Source: Rhodothermales bacterium (GTDB lineage: Bacteria > Bacteroidota > Rhodothermia > Rhodothermales > Bin80). Taken from it: DNA of 64,000 bases. The notes beneath the pieces were generated by a model. That model did not search any database. It was not told the DNA's origin and saw only the letters and a program-made list of their open reading frames with translations. Location: positions 849,118-913,117 of the forward strand of contig OZ244794.1 in NCBI GenBank assembly GCA_965219915.1, in the 5' to 3' direction. Made by a program: the position numbers and the translations under genes. This document shows, in pieces, positions 29,858 to 40,200 of the stretch. Within the stretch, counting starts at the first letter, position 1, and the number at the start of each line of letters is the position of its first letter.

Positions 29858-30799
29858 TCACTTCTGTCCGGTTTGGGAGAATATAGGATGAACGATCGGC
29901 TCCAGGATGTCAAGCCGCCCTTCGTTGACCCTTGCGGTCAGACGGGCGAGCACCCCGATGGGCAGAACGCGACGGGGAATGAAATGGCCGTAAGTAAGCC
30001 CCGCTACGACTGGCCATGCGTATCCGCTGGCATATCCGGCGATAATTTCGTTCACGTTGCGTCGTGACTGTTCGTCGTTGATGTCCGGCCCGGTAAAAGC
30101 ACCGACGATTAAACCCCCGAGTTTCTTAAGTATTCCAGCATTTTTCAGCTGCGCGAACAGTGCATCAATCCGGTAAGGTGCCTCGTTCACATCTTCAATG
30201 AATAGCAGTGCCCCCTGGAAGCTTGGCAGATGTGGAGAGCCGATCATTCGAACAATCGAAGAGAGATTGCCTCCCAGGAGTGGTCCCGTACATTGACCTT
30301 CCTGTAGCGTCTGCAAGTCCGCTACGGGAGGTGGAAGTTGTCCTTCAAGAAGTTCACGCAAGGCCTCTTTCATAGCAGTGTCAATCTCCCCCCATTCAAC
30401 GACCACAGGTCCCGAAACCGATCGCCATCCTGAGTGCTTGAAGAGAGAGAGCTGCAGGGCAGTAATGTCGCTATAGCCAATCAGGACGCCTCGCTCACGC
30501 CGTGCGGCGTTGTAGTCAATCCCGTCCAAAATCCGTAAACAGCCGTATCCTCCCCGGATCGCCATCAGGAACCGGTTTCTCATAAGTGCTTGATTGAACT
30601 GTTCCGTACGTTGCGTATCTGACCCGGCCAAATAGCAGTGCGGTATAAGTTGACCTGGATCCCAATGAGTCACATATCCGTCTGCAGCAAGCGCGCTTAA
30701 TCCGCGTTCCAGTCTTTCAGGTTTTCGAGGCGGGCTCGCCGGGGCCACTATACCAAGTGGCTGATCGGGGAGGCGTGTGGAGGATTGAGTGTAATTCAT
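29858..30799 (-). CDS. ldcA: LD-carboxypeptidase (S66, LdcA/MccF-like)
   Basis: GIVAPASP, nucleophile region GYSDITAL, C-terminal GHF motif region. Confidence 0.8.
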   Translation of the reverse strand: MNYTQSSTRLPDQPLGIVAPASPPRKPERLERGLSALAADGYVTHWDPGQLIPHCYLAGSDTQRTEQFNQALMRNRFLMAIRGGYGCLRILDGIDYNAARRERGVLIGYSDITALQLSLFKHSGWRSVSGPVVVEWGEIDTAMKEALRELLEGQLPPPVADLQTLQEGQCTGPLLGGNLSSIVRMIGSPHLPSFQGALLFIEDVNEAPYRIDALFAQLKNAGILKKLGGLIVGAFTGPDINDEQSRRNVNEIIAGYASGYAWPVVAGLTYGHFIPRRVLPIGVLARLTARVNEGRLDILEPIVHPIFSQTGQK

Positions 30800-30813
30800 T
30801 TTGTGCGAAAGAT

Positions 30814-31536
30814 ATGCCGAATTTTATTGACGGACAGGTAATTCGCTCCGGTGATTGTACGCCCTCCGGTCAAACTGTTGTCATACGTCCACCGGAATAC
30901 TGGCCAAACCTGGCCTTTGCAGCATTGATGCAAGCCGCAGACATCGTTGTCCTGGCGGACACCTTGCAGTACAGCCGGCAGTCGTTACAAAATCGTACAC
31001 GTGTTCGTAATCCCGACGGATGGCAGTGGGTTTCGGTACCGCTGAAAGGGGGGCAGCATGGTCGGTCACAGGCTTACACCCGCATCCGCCAGGTACCAGG
31101 CTGGCGGAAACAACATTGGAAAGCAATTGCGTTCAACTATGGCCAGTCACCGTACTTTGATCATTACGGAGAAACAATCAGAGCGCTGTACAACCAGGAA
31201 TGGGAATACTTGGGGGCTTTGAATGTTGCAACTACCCGGTTGGTATTTCGATGGATGGGGTTCTCAGCAAGCCTGGTGACCGCGATGGAATTGGAGGGGC
31301 ATCCTGATACCATGGAAGCGATTATGGCTTTCTGGCCCGAAGCGGAGCTGCTGGCACCCGCCGAGGTCCCTGAACCATGTGCCGCCCGTCGTTTATATTT
31401 TTCGCAGCCGGATTACCGTCAGACTTTTGTAGGGTTTGCGCCCGGCATGACGGTACTTGACCTGATTTTTAACTACGGACCCGAAAGCGCGGACATCCTT
31501 CGCAGAGGTACGCGCATTGATCCAATTAACAGATAA
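30814..31536 (+). CDS. WbqC-like family protein
   Basis: PEYWPNLAFAALMQAADIVVLADTLQYSRQSLQNRTRVRN resembles the WbqC family N-terminus. Start placed at ATG 30814. Confidence 0.65.
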   Translation: MPNFIDGQVIRSGDCTPSGQTVVIRPPEYWPNLAFAALMQAADIVVLADTLQYSRQSLQNRTRVRNPDGWQWVSVPLKGGQHGRSQAYTRIRQVPGWRKQHWKAIAFNYGQSPYFDHYGETIRALYNQEWEYLGALNVATTRLVFRWMGFSASLVTAMELEGHPDTMEAIMAFWPEAELLAPAEVPEPCAARRLYFSQPDYRQTFVGFAPGMTVLDLIFNYGPESADILRRGTRIDPINR

Positions 31537-31541
31537 AACTA

Positions 31542-32633
31542 ATGGACGTGATAGATCTTTCTTTCCTAGAGCAGCAAGTATTGTGGGGGGTCTCAGTCGG
31601 TCGTTTGATCGTCTCGGGTCTGCTTCTTCTTTTGGGGATCCTGGCCTACAGCTTCGTGCGGCGCGTACTGGGAGGACTACTGAAGCGGTTTAATAAGAGT
31701 GGAGATGTAGATGTGATCAACGATGTTAATCGTCTGCTCACAAAACCGCTTAGCTTGTTGATCAATGTGGCCCTCTGGAATGGCGTGATCCGAGTGCTCG
31801 CACTTCCTGAGGCGCCGCTGGACGTAAATTTATGGTTGAGTATCGCGGGTGCGGTGGTGGTGCTGCTGGTAGCACTTTACTGTGCATTTCATGTAGTGGA
31901 TGTGTTCGCGGGCATTGCGAGGCGCGCAGCCGAAAAAACCGAAACACGGTTGGATGACCAGTTGATTCCACCGGTAACCAACGCGCTGAAGCTGGTACTG
32001 GTGCTGGTCGCCATGGCCGCCATATTAGGGCAGTTCGATGTCTCGACCACAGGCTTGGTTGCAAGCCTCAGCATCGGTGGTCTGGCGCTTGCTTTTGCGG
32101 CAAAGGATACACTGGCGAACGTTTTCGGCTCGCTTGTGATCTTTAGTGAACGTCCGTTTCAGATCGGGGATGTCGTAGATGTAGGTGGAGTTAACGGAGT
32201 GGTGGAGGAGGTTGGCGTTCGCAGTACGCATATTCGAAAATTTGACAAAACCGTTTCGATTCTGCCCAACCAAACCTTCACCAATGCAGAAATCTGCAAT
32301 TTGTCCAAAAGAGATGCCAGGCGGATCCGTTTTGAGGTTACGTTCACGCACGAGGTCACCTCGCAGCAGCTGGAACAGTTTCTGAGCTCAGTCAGAGAAT
32401 CGCTGGATCAGCGAACAGACATCCATGCAGATCAGAGTCTGGTGCGCCTTACGGACATGAACACCAACGGACTGGTCGTTCTTGTCTTGGCATTCACCAA
32501 GTCGACAGGATACGACGAGTTCATGCTGTCGCAGGAAGAGATTTTGCTTGGCGTTCGCAAATTCGCAGAGGATCAGGGATTGCCGATTATGCCGGCAAAG
32601 GAAATCCATCTTTCCGGTCAGCCCTCGAATTAA
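31542..32633 (+). CDS. small-conductance mechanosensitive channel (MscS family)
   Basis: Several N-terminal TM helices, then LANVFGSLVIFSERPFQIGDVVDVGGVNGVVEEVGVRSTHIR, which is the MscS pore and beta-domain signature. Confidence 0.85.
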   Translation: MDVIDLSFLEQQVLWGVSVGRLIVSGLLLLLGILAYSFVRRVLGGLLKRFNKSGDVDVINDVNRLLTKPLSLLINVALWNGVIRVLALPEAPLDVNLWLSIAGAVVVLLVALYCAFHVVDVFAGIARRAAEKTETRLDDQLIPPVTNALKLVLVLVAMAAILGQFDVSTTGLVASLSIGGLALAFAAKDTLANVFGSLVIFSERPFQIGDVVDVGGVNGVVEEVGVRSTHIRKFDKTVSILPNQTFTNAEICNLSKRDARRIRFEVTFTHEVTSQQLEQFLSSVRESLDQRTDIHADQSLVRLTDMNTNGLVVLVLAFTKSTGYDEFMLSQEEILLGVRKFAEDQGLPIMPAKEIHLSGQPSN

Positions 32634-32724
32634 TGCGGGGTCACACCGCGAATTTCCCGAATATCCGGTTACGGGTACAGGGAAGGTTAGTATCTTGGCA
32701 CATCATTAGCGTAAGTCTAATCAC

Positions 32725-32973
32725 ATGACCTCCAGACGGTATTGGCGAACCAACCTGCGGTACGTAGGAATACTCCTTGGAATTTGGTTTTTGGTATCAT
32801 TTGGTGCCAGCGTGCTACTGGTTGATGTTCTGGATGGAATTCGCATGTTTGGCTTCAAACTGGGGTTCTGGTTTGCCCAGCAGGGTGCGATATACGTTTT
32901 TGTTCTGATCATTTTTGTATACGTGGTCTTGATGAATCGGCTGGATAGAAAGTCAATTTCTGAGGAAACATGA
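32725..32973 (+). CDS. DUF4212-type small subunit of a sodium:solute symporter
   Basis: 82 aa, two TM helices (YWRTNLRYVGILLGIWFLVSFG, FWFAQQGAIYVFVLIIFVY). ATGA overlap with the following SSS gene. Confidence 0.8.
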   Translation: MTSRRYWRTNLRYVGILLGIWFLVSFGASVLLVDVLDGIRMFGFKLGFWFAQQGAIYVFVLIIFVYVVLMNRLDRKSISEET

Positions 32974-34649
32974 CGGTACAGGCGTGGACGTTTATTATGG
33001 TGGGGCTCTCCTTTGCACTCTATATCGGGGTTGCCATTTGGTCTCGTGCGGGATCGACCGGAGAGTTCTATGTGGCCGGTGGGCGTGTTCATCCTGTGCT
33101 GAACGGAATGGCTACGGCGGCCGACTGGATGAGCGCAGCTTCGTTCATCTCTATGGCGGGGTTGATCGCTTTCATGGGCAGGGATGGCAGTGTTTATCTA
33201 CTTGGCTGGACCGGGGGTTACGTGCTCTTGGCTTTGCTGCTGGCTCCGTACCTGCGCAAATTTGGAAAATTTACTGTCCCTGACTTCGTAGGGGATCGGT
33301 ATTATTCCCAGACTGCCCGATTCGTCGCGGTGTTGTGCGCCATTTTTGTGTCGTTCACCTATGTGGCGGGCCAGATGCGGGGTGTGGGTATTGTGTTTTC
33401 GCGCTTCCTGGAGATTGATATTGTGGCAGGCGTGCTTATAGGTATGGGTATAGTGTTTTTCTACGCTGTACTCGGAGGTATGCGGGGCATAACATATACC
33501 CAGGTGGCTCAGTACTGCGTACTCATTTTTGCGTACTTGGTGCCAGCAATTTTTATCTCACTACTGATGACGGGAAATGTGATCCCCCAGGTAGGTTTTG
33601 GGAGTACGCTGGCAGACGGTTCCGGCACCTACCTTTTAGAGAAACTTGATGGTCTGAGCAGGGATCTGGGTTTTGCTGCCTACACGAGCGGGCAGAAGAC
33701 CATGATTGATGTCTTTGCGATCACCGCAGCGCTAATGGTCGGGACGGCAGGTCTGCCTCATGTTATTGTCCGGTTTTACACGGTACCCCGCATGCGGGAT
33801 GCACGAACAAGTGCAGGCTGGGCGCTTGTTTTTATTGCACTCCTGTATACGAGTGCACCTGCGGTGGCAGCGTTTGCCCGCACAAATCTATTAACAACCG
33901 TTACGGATCAACCTTATTCTGAGGTTCCAGACTGGTTTATAAATTGGGAGCAGACAGGTCTGATTAAGTTTGAGGATAAAAACGGAGACGGCAGAATTCA
34001 GTATGTCGGGCCGTCGGCAGATAGAGAAAACGAACTCACCATAGATCCCGATATCATGGTTCTGGCCAATCCGGAGATTGCCAGACTGCCCGGCTGGGTT
34101 ATCGGGTTGGTTGCGGCAGGTGGGCTTGCTGCAGCGCTTTCCACGGCGGCCGGACTGCTATTGGTTATTTCGACGGCCGTGGCCCGTGATCTTCTGAAAA
34201 AGGGATTTATGCCGGAAATTTCAGAGAAGCGCGAGCTATTGACTGCACGCATCACTGCGGGGGCTGCTGTAATCATCGCGGGCTATTTTGGTATCGACCC
34301 GCCAGGTTTCGTTGCCCAGGTCGTCGCTTTTGCTTTTGGTCTGGCGGCGGCGTCTTTCTTCCCGGCGATCATTCTGGGGATCTTTACCCGGCGTATGAAC
34401 AAGTACGGTGCCGTAAGCGGTATGATTGCCGGAATAGTCTTTACCGCTTGCTACATCGTCTTTTTCAAGTTTGTACGACCCGAGTTGAATGTTGAAGAGT
34501 ACTGGCTTTTTGGCATTTCTCCTGAGGGCATAGGTGCAGTGGGGATGGTGCTAAATTTCGTTGTGGCAATTGTGGTCTCGAAATTTACTCCGCCTCCCCC
34601 CGCATCAATTGACGCTCTGGTGGACAGGATTCGGGCACCGGGTGACTGA
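32970..34649 (+). CDS. sodium:solute symporter (SSS family, large subunit paired with DUF4212)
   Basis: 559 aa, about 13 TM helices, NGMATAADWMSAASFISMAGL, and the typical partner arrangement. Confidence 0.9.
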   Translation: MTVQAWTFIMVGLSFALYIGVAIWSRAGSTGEFYVAGGRVHPVLNGMATAADWMSAASFISMAGLIAFMGRDGSVYLLGWTGGYVLLALLLAPYLRKFGKFTVPDFVGDRYYSQTARFVAVLCAIFVSFTYVAGQMRGVGIVFSRFLEIDIVAGVLIGMGIVFFYAVLGGMRGITYTQVAQYCVLIFAYLVPAIFISLLMTGNVIPQVGFGSTLADGSGTYLLEKLDGLSRDLGFAAYTSGQKTMIDVFAITAALMVGTAGLPHVIVRFYTVPRMRDARTSAGWALVFIALLYTSAPAVAAFARTNLLTTVTDQPYSEVPDWFINWEQTGLIKFEDKNGDGRIQYVGPSADRENELTIDPDIMVLANPEIARLPGWVIGLVAAGGLAAALSTAAGLLLVISTAVARDLLKKGFMPEISEKRELLTARITAGAAVIIAGYFGIDPPGFVAQVVAFAFGLAAASFFPAIILGIFTRRMNKYGAVSGMIAGIVFTACYIVFFKFVRPELNVEEYWLFGISPEGIGAVGMVLNFVVAIVVSKFTPPPPASIDALVDRIRAPGD

Positions 34650-34906
34650 GGTTTTTTTGGGGGGCCTTGCAGCCCCTATCCAGGATGTGTTTTTGTGGGC
34701 ATATCGGGGCTGGAATCGGACGATGCAGCGCTAATTGAATATGAGAACGCCTGTGTGTGCTTTCGGAATGGGGCGGCCACCGACAGCGGTGTTCTGTTCC
34801 CCAAGATTCCGTTGAATAGACGTACGCGCCGCCGCAGAGCTATCGCTTATGGGCATTATTCGCTCACATTTATTAGATTAGTATTTCACAACTGTGCTCC
34901 AGTGCC

Positions 34907-35374
34907 ATGAATTCCAAATTATTATTGACAGTAGCGGCTATTATCCTTATTTATTCCGGATGCGTTCCGGCAGACCAGGGAGCCTCCGATGAAATGGCGC
35001 AGATGGGACCAGATCATTGCCCGAATCTTTCTGGTACTTGGGAATTGGTGGAAATCAGAGAGTCTGCGGGAGCGCTGAGCGGGGAGTTTGAGAGTGATCC
35101 CGAGTACCGGGAGGCACCGACGCTCAAGGTGCTTAACAGCACACACTGGATGTTTATTCGGCAGACCGCCGATGTATTTGTGCACGCGCAGGGGGGACGG
35201 TACACGCTTGATTCCCTGGGGCAGTATACCGAGTATGTGGAGTACAGTGCGATTCCTCAAAATGTCGGCCAGGCATTTGAATTCAGTTGTAGCCTCGAGG
35301 GCGATTCTCTGTGGCATCATTTGGGTGGCCAAGGTGACGCGCGCTACGATGAAGTTTGGCGCCGCGTACAATAG
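34907..35374 (+). CDS. small lipoprotein of unknown function (lipocalin-like?)
   Basis: Lipobox LIYSGC. GTWELVEI...THWMFIRQ...GGRYTLD resembles small beta-barrel lipoproteins. No firm family. Confidence 0.5.
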   Translation: MNSKLLLTVAAIILIYSGCVPADQGASDEMAQMGPDHCPNLSGTWELVEIRESAGALSGEFESDPEYREAPTLKVLNSTHWMFIRQTADVFVHAQGGRYTLDSLGQYTEYVEYSAIPQNVGQAFEFSCSLEGDSLWHHLGGQGDARYDEVWRRVQ

Positions 35375-35419
35375 TTCAGGTAGTCCGGTATCCTTTGCTG
35401 ATCACCAAATTATTATCGG

Positions 35420-37021
35420 ATGCAGTTTGCTCTGATTGACTACCTTGTGTTCGGTGCTTACTGTATTCTGATTGTGACGCTGGGGCTATGGGTCTCGCGA
35501 GAGAAGAAGGGGCACGTCAAGAACGCTGAGGACTATTTTCTTGCCAGCAAGTCACTCCCTTGGTGGGCGATCGGTGCTTCGTTGATTGCGTCTAATATTT
35601 CGGCGGAGCAGTTCATTGGAATGTCAGGCTCGGGCTTCCGCCTGGGATTGGCGATTGCGACCTATGAATGGATGGCCGCAATCACGCTGCTGCTTGTTGC
35701 GTGGTTGTTCATTCCCATCTATCTGAAGAAGGGCATCTACACAATGCCACAGTTTCTGGAGGTTCGCTATGACGCGCGCGTCCGGACTCTCCTTGCGGTG
35801 TTCTGGCTACTGGTGTATGTGTTCGTGAACCTTACCTCCGTTGTTTATCTCGGTGCACTTGCCCTGAGAGACATCATGGGTATCGCCCTTTGGCAAGGAG
35901 TATTGGCGCTCGCGGTGTTTGCCACGGTGTACAGCATCTACGGGGGACTCAAGGCGGTTGCCTGGACAGATGTGGTTCAGGTATGTTTTCTGATCGGTGG
36001 GGGACTATTGACCACGGTCCTCGCGCTGAATGCCTATAGTGGGGGAGAAGGTGCTTTTTCTGGTCTCAGCAGATTGCTGAATGAAGTGCCTGACCGGTTC
36101 AACATGATACTTAACCAGGGGGAACTGATCTATACGGATGACGATGGCATACGGCAGGATGCATGGGAGTTACTGCCCGGAATTGGTGTACTGGTCGGCG
36201 GTATGTGGATAGCAAACCTGTTTTACTGGGGGTGCAATCAGTACATCATCCAACGGACGCTGGCTGCACCGAGCTTGAAAGAAGCGCAGCGCGGCGTTGC
36301 TTTTGCAGGATTTTTGAAGCTGCTTCTGCCTCTGATTGTGGTCGTTCCCGGAATCGTTGCATATGCACTCGAGGCTCCGATCGGAGCCGCAGATGAAGCT
36401 TACCCCTGGCTTTTGAACGAGTATGTCGGTTCAGGACTGAAAGGGCTCACGTTTGCTGCACTGATAGCGGCCATTGTCTCTTCTCTGGCTTCTATGATGA
36501 ACAGTACGAGCACCATTTTCACGATGGACCTGTACCGTAACTACATCCGCCCGAATGCGAGTCAGCGAGACCTCGTGCGTACCGGGCGACTGGTTGCACT
36601 GGTCAGTATGGCCATAGCGGCATTTCTGGCCCCCCAGTTGGCGTCACTGGACCAAGTATTCCAGTACATTCAGGAATACACAGGGTTCGTCAGCCCCGGC
36701 GTTCTGGCCATTTTCGTACTTGGCTTGTTCTGGAAAAAATCAACTGCCAACGCTGCACTCATTTCTGCGTTACTCAGTATTCCGCTGTCTGCAGCCATGA
36801 AATGGGCCATGCCAGGGATGCCGTTCCTTGACCGAATGGGTTGGGTATTTGTGATCTCTGTGGCATTGATTGTGGTCGTTTCTCTAATTGAAGGCAGGGG
36901 CAAGGATAGTCGCGGGGCAGTTGTAATCAGCCGAAGTGTCATTCAGACAGATCCGGTGTTTGCTATTCTGGCTTTTGGAATAATGGCGGTAACAGCTGCG
37001 CTGTATGTGGTTTTCTGGTAA
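35420..37021 (+). CDS. sodium/sugar cotransporter (SGLT-type SSS family)
   Basis: DYFLASKSLPWWAIGASLIASNISAEQFIGMSGSGF, about 14 TM helices. Confidence 0.9.
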   Translation: MQFALIDYLVFGAYCILIVTLGLWVSREKKGHVKNAEDYFLASKSLPWWAIGASLIASNISAEQFIGMSGSGFRLGLAIATYEWMAAITLLLVAWLFIPIYLKKGIYTMPQFLEVRYDARVRTLLAVFWLLVYVFVNLTSVVYLGALALRDIMGIALWQGVLALAVFATVYSIYGGLKAVAWTDVVQVCFLIGGGLLTTVLALNAYSGGEGAFSGLSRLLNEVPDRFNMILNQGELIYTDDDGIRQDAWELLPGIGVLVGGMWIANLFYWGCNQYIIQRTLAAPSLKEAQRGVAFAGFLKLLLPLIVVVPGIVAYALEAPIGAADEAYPWLLNEYVGSGLKGLTFAALIAAIVSSLASMMNSTSTIFTMDLYRNYIRPNASQRDLVRTGRLVALVSMAIAAFLAPQLASLDQVFQYIQEYTGFVSPGVLAIFVLGLFWKKSTANAALISALLSIPLSAAMKWAMPGMPFLDRMGWVFVISVALIVVVSLIEGRGKDSRGAVVISRSVIQTDPVFAILAFGIMAVTAALYVVFW

Positions 37022-37226
37022 TCCAGGGGCAGGGACGATGCCTTTTCTGGATTTCTTCGAGTGATTTATTTTTTATTGTTATATTAGTATGTCGCGTTGG
37101 CTCTGGTTCGGCATCGGCCAGTCGCTTAATGCGCTTGAAAGCGTTTCCAAGGCTTGTAAAGCCATATCTGGCGCCCTGTGTTTGTTGCGGGACGCCTTAA
37201 ACATGAACTAAACTTAGGATTGAACT

Positions 37227-40200
37227 ATGAGACTAAAAGGGTTACTGGGTATAGCTGTGATGCTGATACTTACCGCGCCGGTCGTGCTTGCCCAACAGGG
37301 CAAGATTGATGGCGTGGTGACCGATGCTGCCACGGGTGAGACCATCCCCGGAGCTAATGTCGTGATTGAGGGCACCACGCAGGGGTCATCTACGGAGGTA
37401 GACGGCTACTTCTTCATCAATAACGTGCGTCCAGGTACCTACACGTTGGTCGTTTCGTTTGTAGGATTTTTGGATCAGAGGGTAGAGGGCGTTCGGGTTT
37501 CTACCGGATTGACAACTACCAGGAACATTCAACTGCGAGAAGAGGCGGTTGGGCTTGAAGAGATGGTGGTCACAAGTGAACGTCCCATTGTGCAGTTGGA
37601 TGTTTCCGCCAATGTGGCCAGTCTCAACCCCGAGGCTTTTCAAGATCTCCCGGTGGCCGGTGTCAGTGAGGTACTTGACCTCCAGGCCGGTATTGAGCCA
37701 GGCCTGCGTGTACGTGGGGGAGGCCTGAACGAAGTTGCCTTTGTGGTTGATGGCATGAATTTGCGGACCGGTCGCTCGCATCAACCATTCACGAATATTA
37801 GCTACACTTCACTGGAGGAAGTACAGGTCCAGACAGGAGGTTTCAACGCGGAGTACGGAAACGTACGGAGCGGTATCGTGAATGTTACCACTAAAGAGCC
37901 TTCCAGGACACGCTACACCTTTGACGCGCTGTATCGCTACCAACCTGCTCAGCCAAAGTCTCTTGAAGGATTGGGAGGCACGAATCTGGATAATTGCGAT
38001 TACTCCGGTCCAGTCACGGGGGACTGCGACAGCTGGTTCGTTCGCCCGTTCCTTGACCCGGCAGTCGCTTGGGACGGCACAGGCAATGGCGCGTGGGATC
38101 CCTATACACAGAACCAGTACAACGCTTTTGAAGGCTGGAATGCACTCGCTGACCGGCTTCTGAATGACGAGGGTTTTGATGTTACTGCTCGGGACATGCA
38201 GGAATACTTCAAGCATACTCATCGCAAGGATAACGAGATCACCAAGCCCGACTACGAGGCGGATGTTACCTTGGCTGGCCCGCTAGTTCCCGGCATGAGC
38301 AGCAGATTGGGAGACCTGCGCTTCTCCGTATCCTACAGAGGTACGCAGACCGCGTATATTTATCCTCAGAGCCGAGATGCTTTCAAAAGTCAGACATTCC
38401 AGGGTAAGCTGATTTCCAACGTTGCACCAGGAATGAAGCTGAGCGTGCAGGGGATGAAGGGCGTGGAGCGTGGTATTAACAGTAATCAGGGAAGTGCAGA
38501 CCTCCGGATGTACGGTGGGCAAATGCCGTCTTATCCGTGGTGGGGAGCTGGAGCGCAAATCGTTGATGGTATCAACCGCCGTGGACGTGTGATTCTGTCC
38601 GATGGTGCGTTTCCACTCGCCAATATTGACCACACACTGCTAGGAGCCACCTTCACACATACGCTCAGTGCGAGCACCTTCTACGAAGTTCATTTGCAGA
38701 ATATTGCGTCAAAGTACCGTAGTCATTTTCCGAATCTGCGTGATGGCTCATACACGGAAAACGGTGTCTTTTACCCAGTCCCGTATACCAATAACTTTGG
38801 TCGGCTGACCCCGGCGGGCGAGGCAAACAGGGACCAGGTAACCTGCTTTGGTGGTAGCGGTGACCTCAACGGAGACGGTGTGACAACCCCGTATTGTGTT
38901 GGGGACGAGCCATTCGGATTTTTGGGGCAGGGCGGTAACCTGCTCGGCGGTGCCGAGACCACTGGTGGTCACTGGGTCAAGACGCGAGACACCTCTGATG
39001 TGAGTGTCTTTACCGGTCGGTTTGACCTGACCAGTCAGGTCACCCGGGTGCTTCAGCTCAAAACAGGCGCAGAACTCATTATCAGTGATTACGATCTGAA
39101 CTACAAGAGAGTAAACCTTGCCCTGGTGGGCCCGGAAGCCGAGGCCGATTATCCACTCTCACGCCAACCGATCCAGGGTGCAGCCTATGCACAGGGTAAG
39201 CTGGAATTCCAGGGCATGATCGCCAACCTTGGTGTACGCATAGACTTCTTTGATGCGAATACTGCCTGGTGGGTAGCGGAAAACCCGTATGATCAGGCTT
39301 TCCGGCAGCGAGTGGAAGGTTTGGATGAACTGCTGCCTACAGAGGATCCGGCGGCACAGATATTCATCAGCCCCCGGTTGGGAATCTCCTTCCCGATCAC
39401 GCAGGAAAGCAAGCTTTACTTCAACTACGGTCATTTCCGCCAAATGCTGAATCCCTTTGATGTGTTTGGTATTCAGCAGTCCCGCAACAGCGGTATTGAT
39501 GTAATGGGTAACCCAGAGCACCCAATGCCTCAGACGGTGGCGTACGAGTTGGGATTTGACCAGAACCTCTTTGACCAGTACTTGCTGCGGGTCAGCGGTT
39601 TCTATCGTGATATCCGCAATCAGCCACGAAATGTTACCTACAATAGCCTGGGTGGTGTCGTAAACTATGCGATCAAGCAGCCTTGGAATTACGAGGATGT
39701 ACGTGGGGCAGAAGTCACATTGACCAAGCTACGCGGCGACTGGGTTCGGGGGTTTGTTAACTACACCTTCCTGCAGACCAAAGGCGGTAACTTTGGCTAT
39801 GGCGTGTTCCACGAGAACACTTTCCAGCAGCGTAACTATCTGCGGACCTCAACGGACTACCGCATCGGGGCTCCTTTGGCCGAGCCGTTTGCCCGTGCAA
39901 ACCTGCTTTTCCTTACGCCGACTAGCTTTGTTCCCTCTCTGCTAAATGGTTCATTGCTGGGAGATTGGCGCGTGAGTCTGTTGGGCGAGTGGCGTGCAGG
40001 CCAGAAATGGAGATGGGCAGGCGGTGGCGGTGCACCTCCCGAATTACAGGAGAATGTACGCTGGCGGAGCTATGTTAATTTTGACCTTCGTTTTACGAAG
40101 CATGTCAATACGCGATTCGGCGGTGCACAGATCTTCCTGGATGTGTCTAACCTCTTCAATCGCCGCCATCTGTACAATGCCACCGGCTTCCACCCAGATG

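Noticed and set aside
34650-34906. Intergenic region after the SSS symporter: a short GGGGC-N6-GCCCC hairpin preceded by a T-run, and the 71-aa ORF at 34695-34910.
   Set aside because: The stem has only 5 bp and the T-run is on the wrong side for a plus-strand terminator. The ORF starts with a non-ATG codon, is Arg-rich and has no recognisable family.
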